From assembly GCA_938082955.1 (NCBI GenBank), contig CALKDE010000267.1:1-28286 (forward strand): DNA of 28,286 bases. The letters are read 5' to 3'. Every line of letters begins with the position of its first letter. Positions within the stretch are counted from its first letter, which is position 1. The stretch comes from an uncultured Pseudomonadales bacterium. GTDB taxonomy: Bacteria > Pseudomonadota > Gammaproteobacteria > Pseudomonadales > Pseudohongiellaceae. This document shows positions 9,548 through 16,270 of the stretch, in pieces. A model generated the notes under the pieces. That model saw nothing but the letters and a program-made list of their open reading frames with translations. It searched no databases and was not told the origin of the DNA. The translations under genes were made by a program, and so were the position numbers.

Positions 9548-9796
9548 ATGGTATTTCCAACGCCTGAAATCGAACAGGAAGCGCAGCGAATCCGAGCTGC
9601 TTTGGTGGCTGATGAGTCTATTCAGCTTCAATTCATCGGAGAAAATGCGAGCAGCTTACAGCTTTATTTGCTCGGTCAGGCCACTCTTATGGGAAAAGCG
9701 CAGCCAGAATGCGCTGATATTTTTAAAAATTTATTAGCCAGGCATGAAACCCTAGCTGTGGATTTACAATCGGCCCAAGATATTGGGATAGCGTAA
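9548..9796 (+). CDS. Hypothetical 82-aa protein
   Basis: Start moved to ATG 9548 on SD AAGGAG (9535-9540). Confidence 0.7.
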   Translation: MVFPTPEIEQEAQRIRAALVADESIQLQFIGENASSLQLYLLGQATLMGKAQPECADIFKNLLARHETLAVDLQSAQDIGIA

Positions 9797-9829
9797 CCGC
9801 ACCAACACAGACAACAAAGGGGAAGCAAG

Positions 9830-11041
9830 ATGCTGAAGGTTCTTGATCTTTTTAGCGGAATAGGAGGATTTTCACTAGGACTAGAGCGTACTGGAGGCTT
9901 TGAGACAGTAGCCTTTTGCGAGATAGAGAAGTATCCGCAGCAGGTATTAGCAAAACACTGGCCTGGAGTACCAATTTACAATGACGTTATGGAGCTAACG
10001 AATGAGCGACTCAAAGCAGATGGGATTTTTCCCAATGTCATCACCGGAGGATTCCCATGTCAGGATATCTCCGTTGCAGGCAAACAAAAGGGCATTGGTG
10101 AAGGCACAAGGTCGGGCCTCTGGTCGGAGTGCGCCCGTCTTGTTGGGGAGATTCGACCCAGATACGCAATCTTTGAAAACGTCACAGCACTCCTTTCTGG
10201 AGCAGACGGGAAATGGTTTGAGCGAGTTCTCTGGGACATATCCCAGATCGGGGGCTATGTCGTTGAATGGCACTGTATACCAGCTTCCCAACTTGGCGCT
10301 CACCACCACAGAGATAGGGTCTGGATCATATTACGCAACACCGACAGTGAACGACTCAAAGAATTCAACCTTACCTCCATCTCAAGGAAAGAGAAGCAGC
10401 CTAGTGGGGGATATGATAAGAGAAAGGGAAATGCTCCCGACACCAACGACAAGCGATCAGTACAGCGCCTCATCACCGGAGTATCTGGAGAAAAAGGGTC
10501 GCAACCCAATGACCAACCAATTGAGGGACGCGGTGAGATATGTAGAGGAAAGGAAGCCAATAGAATACTGGCCAACACCGACAGCGGCAGAAGCGAACAA
10601 GATTCTAGCTTGTGCAAACTACGGCCAAGTGGGACTAAACAACAATCCAAGAATCCGGGGTCTACCGACCAGACCGAAAAAGGAAAAGAGCGGGAAGAAA
10701 CTATTTCCAACTCCAACGGCGCGGGACTGGAAAGGCGGTTACAACACGAAATCTCTTACCAGGAAGGATGGGAAATCCAGAGCAATGGACGCATTGCCGA
10801 ATGCGATACTGGAAGGGAAAGGCACAGAGACGGTATCTGGGCAATTGAACCCTCAATTTGTGGAATGGCTGATGGGCTATCCGATGGAGTATACGAAGGT
10901 CGAGTGACAACCGGCGTGAAAGATCGCGCAAAGCGTCTTAAAACACTAGGCAACTCAGTAGTTCCTCAGATTCCAGAGCTAATAGGCAGGGCCATACTAG
11001 AGGCAGAAAATTGCACCAAATGCGAGGGAGGAAACCCATGA
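9830..11041 (+). CDS. DNA cytosine-C5 methyltransferase, alpha polypeptide (motifs I-VIII and X, no motif IX)
   Basis: LDLFSGIGG (I), GGFPCQDIS (IV), IFENV (VI), HHRDRVWII (VIII), RLKTLGNSVVPQ (X). Confidence 0.92.
   Translation: MLKVLDLFSGIGGFSLGLERTGGFETVAFCEIEKYPQQVLAKHWPGVPIYNDVMELTNERLKADGIFPNVITGGFPCQDISVAGKQKGIGEGTRSGLWSECARLVGEIRPRYAIFENVTALLSGADGKWFERVLWDISQIGGYVVEWHCIPASQLGAHHHRDRVWIILRNTDSERLKEFNLTSISRKEKQPSGGYDKRKGNAPDTNDKRSVQRLITGVSGEKGSQPNDQPIEGRGEICRGKEANRILANTDSGRSEQDSSLCKLRPSGTKQQSKNPGSTDQTEKGKEREETISNSNGAGLERRLQHEISYQEGWEIQSNGRIAECDTGRERHRDGIWAIEPSICGMADGLSDGVYEGRVTTGVKDRAKRLKTLGNSVVPQIPELIGRAILEAENCTKCEGGNP
10002..10907 (+). CDS. Nested beta polypeptide of the C5 methyltransferase (TRD-like repeats plus motif IX) in the +1 frame
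   Basis: 301 codons open inside the alpha gene; own GGAG SD (9991-9994); four (A/P)TPT repeats; C-terminal LNPQFVEWLMGYP; same layout as M.EcoHK31I alpha/beta. Confidence 0.85.
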   Translation: MSDSKQMGFFPMSSPEDSHVRISPLQANKRALVKAQGRASGRSAPVLLGRFDPDTQSLKTSQHSFLEQTGNGLSEFSGTYPRSGAMSLNGTVYQLPNLALTTTEIGSGSYYATPTVNDSKNSTLPPSQGKRSSLVGDMIREREMLPTPTTSDQYSASSPEYLEKKGRNPMTNQLRDAVRYVEERKPIEYWPTPTAAEANKILACANYGQVGLNNNPRIRGLPTRPKKEKSGKKLFPTPTARDWKGGYNTKSLTRKDGKSRAMDALPNAILEGKGTETVSGQLNPQFVEWLMGYPMEYTKVE

Positions 11042-11133
11042 AAATAATTAAACTAATAGCAATCGAGATAGCCTATGCCTCCGTGATAGCGCTTTTATTT
11101 GGTTTTGTTTTTTTGTCATTCTTCACATCATGA
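11038..11133 (+). CDS. 31-aa hydrophobic membrane peptide
   Basis: Read manually: MKIIKLIAIEIAYASVIALLFGFVFLSFFTS; GGAGG SD; ATGA overlap with the MTase stop and with the next ORF. Confidence 0.6.
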   Translation: MKIIKLIAIEIAYASVIALLFGFVFLSFFTS

Positions 11134-11336
11134 GATTGAGGATCAGAGCCATTAACCTAGTGATCTCACAAGAGGAATCAAAAGCATTGTCCTCGTTTAA
11201 GTCTGATCGGTTACAAACCCAGATCCAAGAGGGACGATTTGATAGCTTATTGAATCAGTACCGGCACAGAAACAATGAGAATTTAATCGATTTATTACTA
11301 AGTACCTTTGAATTAAACGGGGCAGCAAAGCAATGA
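11130..11336 (+). CDS. Hypothetical 68-aa protein
   Basis: ATGA-coupled on both sides; no motif; contains one copy of the 26-bp repeat. Confidence 0.4.
   Translation: MRLRIRAINLVISQEESKALSSFKSDRLQTQIQEGRFDSLLNQYRHRNNENLIDLLLSTFELNGAAKQ
11224..11249. repeat. 26-bp perfect direct repeat, copy 1
   Basis: TCCAAGAGGGACGATTTGATAGCTTA, identical at 11507-11532. Confidence 0.95.
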
Positions 11337-11533
11337 AATACGAGCACTTGAAAGGAAATAAACACAGCTGCAAAGAATACATCAGGGATTCTCGGTGGGA
11401 CCAACGAGCCAATTCCGTAGTCAAGTCGATGGCTAGACAGAGGGCTATTGAGTGTGGTGATAAGTCGCTTGGTGATTATCTAGAAAGGCTAGTGATTACC
11501 GACATTTCCAAGAGGGACGATTTGATAGCTTAA
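11333..11533 (+). CDS. Small ribbon-helix-helix-like DNA-binding protein
   Basis: K..ARQRAIECGDKSLGDYLERLV pattern; preceded by a copy of the GGGGCAGCAAA leader. Confidence 0.5.
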   Translation: MKYEHLKGNKHSCKEYIRDSRWDQRANSVVKSMARQRAIECGDKSLGDYLERLVITDISKRDDLIA

Positions 11534-11815
11534 TTCAGAAAACCGAATCACCTCCCTCACAGAGTTAATGATGTGAGCCTGTCCCCTCCAATCCCTGTGG
11601 AAGTCTTCTTCCATAGGGGTTAACTTCCGGCTAGACGGAGGTTTCGATCCGTCCTTGATCTCGATTAAGAAGTTCAATCCACGCCTTCCAACCACGATGT
11701 CCACGAACCCAGCTACCTGGGAAGTGTCTATAACTGTGAATCCACAGGCCTCAAATGCCCGTGTGATCTCGTAGTGATTAGTGTCTCTGCGTTTAACCCT
11801 GGTGTGTTTCGGCAA
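11489..11815 (-). CDS. VRR-NUC-like PD-(D/E)XK nuclease (possible junction resolvase)
   Basis: RRDTNH.EI, GFVDIVVG.RG.N.LIEIKDG, LTP.E..F...W.G; TTG start with a weak SD. Confidence 0.75.
   Translation of the reverse strand: MPKHTRVKRRDTNHYEITRAFEACGFTVIDTSQVAGFVDIVVGRRGLNFLIEIKDGSKPPSSRKLTPMEEDFHRDWRGQAHIINSVREVIRFSELSYQIVPLGNVGNH
11507..11532. repeat. 26-bp perfect direct repeat, copy 2
   Basis: Identical to 11224-11249, 283 bp apart. Confidence 0.95.
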
Positions 11816-11963
11816 TTTTTCTCTCTATCCGATCTAAATTAGCCATTATCTTAGCCTGTGCTGCCATGATTTCGGCTAACTTGTCGGGCAGGTCGGTGAG
11901 GAACTCGTCCATTTCCTGCATAGCCAGCAGCATATCTTCCTCTTTCTTTGTGTTAATCGGCAT
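11793..11963 (-). CDS. Hypothetical 56-aa helical protein
   Basis: Read manually: MPINTKKEEDMLLAMQEMDEFLTDLPDKLAEIMAAQAKIMANLDRIERKIAETHQG; fills the gap between lipoprotein and nuclease. Confidence 0.5.
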   Translation of the reverse strand: MPINTKKEEDMLLAMQEMDEFLTDLPDKLAEIMAAQAKIMANLDRIERKIAETHQG

Positions 11964-12183
11964 TTTCTCTGCGGTCCGAGCAAACCGGCTCCCACTCAGG
12001 GGCTACCGATGCCTGAATCCACCGGACAACCATGCTCTCAATGTTGTGGAATATGGGAGTATCGCAGTAAACCTTGCCGGTCACCGCGTAAGTGTTTGCT
12101 AATCTCGCAGGAACTTCTGTGCTTGTGCAGCCAGTCAGCATTAATATAGTAAGCCAGAATAGTATAAAACTTATTTTTAGCAT
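11953..12183 (-). CDS. Lipoprotein, candidate o-spanin-like lysis protein
   Basis: Signal peptide and lipobox LTG-C; two further Cys; at the end of the lysis cassette. Confidence 0.7.
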   Translation of the reverse strand: MLKISFILFWLTILMLTGCTSTEVPARLANTYAVTGKVYCDTPIFHNIESMVVRWIQASVAPEWEPVCSDRRENAD

Positions 12184-12186
12184 GAT

Positions 12187-12588
12187 TTAGCCGTAGCTTT
12201 CCTTTTTGAATAAATACTTAATTCTCTGGAACCCTCTAACCCCCGCGGCCATCACCCTGGCCTTGCCCCATCGGACCTCATCGATCTTCAGGCCTTCCAA
12301 GAACAATCTATCTGCCTGCTTCTGAGTGAGGTTTGTCTTGTCTTTGCCGGCTTGGGTACAAAGATAATCGTGAATAATTGCGCTTCGGATGTTGTTGCCT
12401 AGAACATGTACAAAACTTTGCGCGAATGCTGGGATAGAGGCGAAATCAGTCACCATGCCGACCGGAGCCGAGACTTCCATTCCGAGCTCTGCGCTATAAA
12501 TAGTCAGCTTCTCGTTTAGCTTAAATAAGTCCCCGCCCAAATGAGTGACGGATGCTCGGCTGGAAAACTTTGTTTTTCGTTTTGTGAT
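12187..12588 (-). CDS. DUF1353-family protein with a PLA2-like HD...AD motif; start codon uncertain (ATC 12588 or TTG 12540)
   Basis: TDFASIP, AIIHDYL, QADRLF; frame is open back to the endolysin TAG; AGGA SD lies 7 nt before ATC 12588. Confidence 0.75.
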   Translation of the reverse strand: MTKRKTKFSSRASVTHLGGDLFKLNEKLTIYSAELGMEVSAPVGMVTDFASIPAFAQSFVHVLGNNIRSAIIHDYLCTQAGKDKTNLTQKQADRLFLEGLKIDEVRWGKARVMAAGVRGFQRIKYLFKKESYG

Positions 12589-12597
12589 GAGATTGTC

Positions 12598-13098
12598 CTA
12601 TAAGTCGCGCTTAACAAACTTATTCCAGCTCTCGACAAACTCCTGTGGAGTTCCAAATTCTTCATTACAATTATAGTGCTTGTCCCAATACTCACCCAGG
12701 GCGAGCAGGTCATCGTGATCTGGAAGAGCCTCTGGGACGTACCAGTATCGGATCCTGGCTATCGCGCAGCCGAGCATAGCGTTAGTAATCAGTTCTTCTT
12801 CTGTGTCTATGTAGTATCCACGCCGCACTAGCATTTGAATTTTTGCGTATAGCTCTGAATTTTCAGGTCTTTGAAGATATCTGTTAACAATATCATCTCT
12901 AGTCGCAGGCTCGATAGAGAAGGCGCCAAGCCCTGGCCCACCTTGCTGGCGCAACCAGTAGGATATGTCCGTCTCCTGGGCCGCTGTACCCAGCAGTAAA
13001 TTTACCGATGCCTCTGTCGATAACTTGGGGTTAACTGTTCCCAAGAGCGCCAAAGTGGGTCTGACAATGTAATTTTCAAAGTGCTGGGCTTTAATCAT
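12598..13098 (-). CDS. Putative endolysin (lysozyme-like fold)
   Basis: LLLGTAAQET, GPGLG...IEPAT..D, ARIRY..VPEALP, YWDKHYN..GT; ATG 13098 overlaps the upstream TGA. Confidence 0.75.
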   Translation of the reverse strand: MIKAQHFENYIVRPTLALLGTVNPKLSTEASVNLLLGTAAQETDISYWLRQQGGPGLGAFSIEPATRDDIVNRYLQRPENSELYAKIQMLVRRGYYIDTEEELITNAMLGCAIARIRYWYVPEALPDHDDLLALGEYWDKHYNCNEEFGTPQEFVESWNKFVKRDL

Positions 13099-13409
13099 AG
13101 AAGAACCGAGTTCACAAAAGTGAAAAGAATACTGATTAAGGAGAATGCCAGCCAAATTTGATACTGATTAGACTTTTCTGCACCCCTTCGCTCCAAGCTC
13201 TCTACCTCAAGCTCTTTCATGGTCTTCGAGACATCACCAATTTTTGTCACTAACTCACCATGTCGAACTCCAGAATCTGAATTAATTTTTATAAATTGCG
13301 AAGAATGCTGCTCCAGAATCTTTTCGTGGACAGCAGTTGTCACTTTTAAATCTCCGATTTCAGTATGAAGTCGATCATGTTTTTGCCAGAGTGTTTCTGC
13401 TTCACTCAT
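13095..13409 (-). CDS. Putative holin-like membrane protein
   Basis: Soluble coiled-coil N-terminus and one C-terminal hydrophobic helix; coupled to the endolysin. Confidence 0.55.
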   Translation of the reverse strand: MSEAETLWQKHDRLHTEIGDLKVTTAVHEKILEQHSSQFIKINSDSGVRHGELVTKIGDVSKTMKELEVESLERRGAEKSNQYQIWLAFSLISILFTFVNSVLL

Positions 13410-13420
13410 TTTAATACCTA

Positions 13421-13762
13421 CTACATATTAGTTAACGATATTGCGAAGAGAATATCTTCTTCAGGAACCTCAATTCCACCATTTTGAAGGGTTTCGACCA
13501 TTTCAGCAAACAATAGTTTTTGCTTGCCGTAGAGATCAGTGAATCTGTGGCGAAAGTGGGTCACGTTGTTGGGGTTGTTTGAGGATACATCGTGCAGCTC
13601 CCACCAGATGGGGAGAACAAACCAGGGGCCAATCAATACCTTGTTATGCTTACCCTTGGGTCCAACAACATGATGATGCTGCAAGCCTGACCTGCCTGTG
13701 GCTATACACCCGTACTCCTGCCCATACTCGACAACGGTTAACATCCACTGCTTTTGAGTCAT
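13421..13762 (-). CDS. Degenerate HNH-like protein (Ref/DUF968-like pattern)
   Basis: GCIATG...QHHHVVG...WFVLPIWWELH resembles GC..C..HH...PLC..H with Cys losses; follows ninB. Confidence 0.45.
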   Translation of the reverse strand: MTQKQWMLTVVEYGQEYGCIATGRSGLQHHHVVGPKGKHNKVLIGPWFVLPIWWELHDVSSNNPNNVTHFRHRFTDLYGKQKLLFAEMVETLQNGGIEVPEEDILFAISLTNM

Positions 13763-14172
13763 GAAGCCTCTCTGTACTGCTCATAAGCCTTCAGGGACGG
13801 CTCGCTCCAAGGTACGCCCTCATCGGACCCATAGGCGTACATCTGCTCGATCAACTCTGAAAACTCCTTTTTGTTCATCTTGCTTGTGCTTGTTGGGATA
13901 ACTACCAGGGATCCCGCTATCCCGTGAACAAATATTTGCGATTTCCATGCTGCAGTGATGATGTGCTTCCAGATTTCGGGCTTGTGCTTTAACCCCATCA
14001 GGACCACATGAGTGGAGAGATCAGTCAGCATGGGCCACATTTTCTTATTCTGCGCCAAAGTTCTAAGGCCATCGGTAGAAAATAGCTCCACCTCATCCAG
14101 GCACACCGCCAAGAATTGTGCAGACTGTTCGCACCCGGCGATGAGAGTTCCCTGAATGTTTTTGAATTTCAT
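13759..14172 (-). CDS. ninB: NinB/Orf recombination mediator
   Basis: RTLAQNKKMW.ML.DLS, WK.I.TA, TSKMNKKEFSELIE..YAYG...GV.WS; ATG 14172 overlaps the upstream TGA. Confidence 0.9.
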   Translation of the reverse strand: MKFKNIQGTLIAGCEQSAQFLAVCLDEVELFSTDGLRTLAQNKKMWPMLTDLSTHVVLMGLKHKPEIWKHIITAAWKSQIFVHGIAGSLVVIPTSTSKMNKKEFSELIEQMYAYGSDEGVPWSEPSLKAYEQYREAS

Positions 14173-14909
14173 TTCCCTGCCTCGATGTCCTGCTCTGCCA
14201 ATTCGCAAAATATCCCGCACTCAACGGCCATTTCAGAGGGATAATGTCCAGCTTTTGGATCAAGATCATGTAGATATAATGGCGAAGAATCAGCATTTTT
14301 CAATACCGTATACCCTTTTTCCTTTTCAAAGTCTGCCATCCTCTTGAATACCTCTGGATGAACTTCGCGGGTCTTGTTCCAATATCCCTGACCGCCTTTC
14401 ACACAACCCAAACAATTATTATTCCTAAAACCCAACTTATATTGCATTGGCAAATCAATCCCCGCATTAGCAAGTATTCCAAGACAATCTTCTTTTGTTA
14501 ATCCCCTCTCTATCAGGATGGGCCAAACATCTACCTGTGCATTAGCATCAATAAATCTATCAACCCTGTGCAGTTCCTCTACGGTATAGCCGAATACCTG
14601 CCTATCTGTAGGCAGCTCAAACTTTTCCCTTACTTGCTTTTTAAGCGACCGGGTGCAGGGAGAACCGCTTGGTGTCCTCATGTAGTTCTTATCAAAGACA
14701 TTGTAAATAGAGCCTTTGTAGAAATCGTTTTGAAGAATAACAATCTCCTGCCCAAACCATTTCTCACAGTCCTTTAGAAATCGCGCATTGTCTGAATGCT
14801 CTTCTTCGATATGGCAGTAAGCAATAGTAATTGGCTCACCCTCTGATAATGCTAACTTGGTAGCTACAGCAGATGCCGCTCCACACGAAAACCAACTCAC
14901 TGTTCTCAT
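14169..14909 (-). CDS. PAPS-reductase-like PP-loop protein
   Basis: N-terminal VSWFSCGAASA, PCTRSLKK, GYTVEE..R, NNNCLGCVKGG, CGIFC. Confidence 0.75.
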   Translation of the reverse strand: MRTVSWFSCGAASAVATKLALSEGEPITIAYCHIEEEHSDNARFLKDCEKWFGQEIVILQNDFYKGSIYNVFDKNYMRTPSGSPCTRSLKKQVREKFELPTDRQVFGYTVEELHRVDRFIDANAQVDVWPILIERGLTKEDCLGILANAGIDLPMQYKLGFRNNNCLGCVKGGQGYWNKTREVHPEVFKRMADFEKEKGYTVLKNADSSPLYLHDLDPKAGHYPSEMAVECGIFCELAEQDIEAGK

Positions 14910-15079
14910 CTATTCGCCCAGCCTATAAGTTTCCACTGCCTTGTGATTACATAATCAGGATAAATTATCACCTGACGCTCGTATCTCTGATCGGTCAGTT
15001 CAGTTCTCACATCCTTGACCTGGTCGAGGGTAAGCCGACTGCCATTCTGATTTTCTGTAATCGTTCTAACTGTGCTCAC
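14906..15079 (-). CDS. Hypothetical ~57-aa protein
   Basis: GTG at 15079 after GGTGGTAGG; stop overlaps the next ATG. Confidence 0.45.
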   Translation of the reverse strand: MSTVRTITENQNGSRLTLDQVKDVRTELTDQRYERQVIIYPDYVITRQWKLIGWANR

Positions 15080-15089
15080 GCCTACCACC

Positions 15090-15485
15090 TTATAATCCTA
15101 ATTCTTCGCGCATTTTAGCCAACCGTGCTCTGGTCTCATCCTTCCCCATTGACTTGTGCGGTAGCGCCTTAAACTCGCTGTGATAAGGTGCTCTGGCTGG
15201 TTTCTCGCACAATTTCCGAAAGTCTCCAAGAGTTAGAAACCCCGACCAATCCTCCGCAGCCTTCAATCCTTGAAGTAATTGTTTCTCAGGATAGTCAAAT
15301 AGGGAGCTCTCCCAATACTTGAAGTCGGTAGATCCGAGATCGTCATGTACTAACTTACTAGCTTGGAGTCCCCGCCACACCATTACCATTGTTTTTTTCC
15401 AGGTAAATTCTGGCGTCTTCATCTCTTCGCTCTGACTTTGATAGAGCTTTGCCGCGTTGACCAAATGCTTGTTTACTTGTTCCAT
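15090..15485 (-). CDS. Lambda P-like helicase loader (putative)
   Basis: Follows and overlaps the initiator gene; GFLTLGDFRKLC resembles the P-family xxPxPGxFxxWC segment; GAGG SD before ATG 15485. Confidence 0.5.
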   Translation of the reverse strand: MEQVNKHLVNAAKLYQSQSEEMKTPEFTWKKTMVMVWRGLQASKLVHDDLGSTDFKYWESSLFDYPEKQLLQGLKAAEDWSGFLTLGDFRKLCEKPARAPYHSEFKALPHKSMGKDETRARLAKMREELGL

Positions 15486-16155
15486 TCTGATTGCCTCTCT
15501 CAAATTTAACCGCGTTCACATACCAAGTCTGCCAAGCCGAATCCCAATCTAAGTAGGTTTTTCCGTTAGCTTTGCAGTAGGTCGTGAATTGCTCAAATAT
15601 CTCTCTAACGTCTAAATCAGTCCTGCCCTTGCCTGACCAGTATTTCATTGCTAACCCTGCTTTGTGTTTGGTTAGTATAAAATCTGGGGACAGTGATGTT
15701 TTACGCTTTCCTGCTTTAGCAGGAGAAGAAACATTAGTTACTAGTTCTTGTTTCTTAGTTACTAGTTCTTGTTTAGCTTTCGTCTGGGTTAGGTCTGGGT
15801 TAGCTAAAATAACCGACTGGGTTTTAGGGCCGCTATTCTTCTTGGGTCTACCCCCTTTCTTGCCATTTGCCCTAGCCGTTTCAACCTTGGAATGGTAGTC
15901 GGCTATCTCTATATCAGCCCTTAGATTGTGCCATCCATCGTCCTGTTTGATAAAGAATTCCTCCAACACTAAAGCCACCGTTTCCCCGTAGGAACCCAGC
16001 CTTAACCTACGAATAACCGACTGGGTTTTTATAGGTATTGGCAATTCTGTGTCGTAGTAGAAATCTAAAAGTCGGCGATATACGCCTTCTTCTTCAAGTG
16101 TTAGATGGGAAGTATGGAGCGCGAAGTCTCCAATATTAAATGGGTAAAAGTGCAT
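15358..16155 (-). CDS. Replication initiator, YdaU/DUF1376 family
   Basis: MHFYPFNIGDF...TSHLTLEEEG.YRRLLD.YY, ANGKKGGRP, C-terminal WDSAWQTW; AAGGAGG SD before ATG 16155. Confidence 0.88.
   Translation of the reverse strand: MHFYPFNIGDFALHTSHLTLEEEGVYRRLLDFYYDTELPIPIKTQSVIRRLRLGSYGETVALVLEEFFIKQDDGWHNLRADIEIADYHSKVETARANGKKGGRPKKNSGPKTQSVILANPDLTQTKAKQELVTKKQELVTNVSSPAKAGKRKTSLSPDFILTKHKAGLAMKYWSGKGRTDLDVREIFEQFTTYCKANGKTYLDWDSAWQTWYVNAVKFERGNQNGTSKQAFGQRGKALSKSERRDEDARIYLEKNNGNGVAGTPS
15734..15825. repeat. Candidate replication origin: AT-rich tandem repeat and iteron-like repeats inside the initiator gene
   Basis: TTAGTTACTAGTTCTTGTTT at 15734-15753 and 15755-15774; CTGGGTT at 15784, 15795, 15817. 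Confidence 0.65.
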
Positions 16156-16240
16156 ATAACCTCCTTTAAGAGCGACCCCAGTTGAATGTTGCCGGACGGG
16201 TCGATCTTGATGATCAGGGGACGGCACAGAGGCCGCTCTT

Positions 16241-16270
16241 AAAAAAGGCTAATTGTTTCAGGAACTAGCC
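16241..16270 (-). terminator. Intrinsic terminator between cro and the initiator (tR1-like position)
   Basis: Minus-strand GGCUAGUU-CCUGAAAC-AAUUAGCC-UUUUUU: 8-bp stem with one G-U pair, then U6. Confidence 0.75.

Noticed and set aside
11197-11424. Minus-strand 75-aa ORF as a real gene
   Set aside because: No SD or motif; its SYQIVPLG match to the nuclease tail is simply the 26-bp repeat
8871-11532. CRISPR-like array from the leader motif or the 26-bp repeat
   Set aside because: Only two or three copies, hundreds of bases apart and separated by genes; no cas genes
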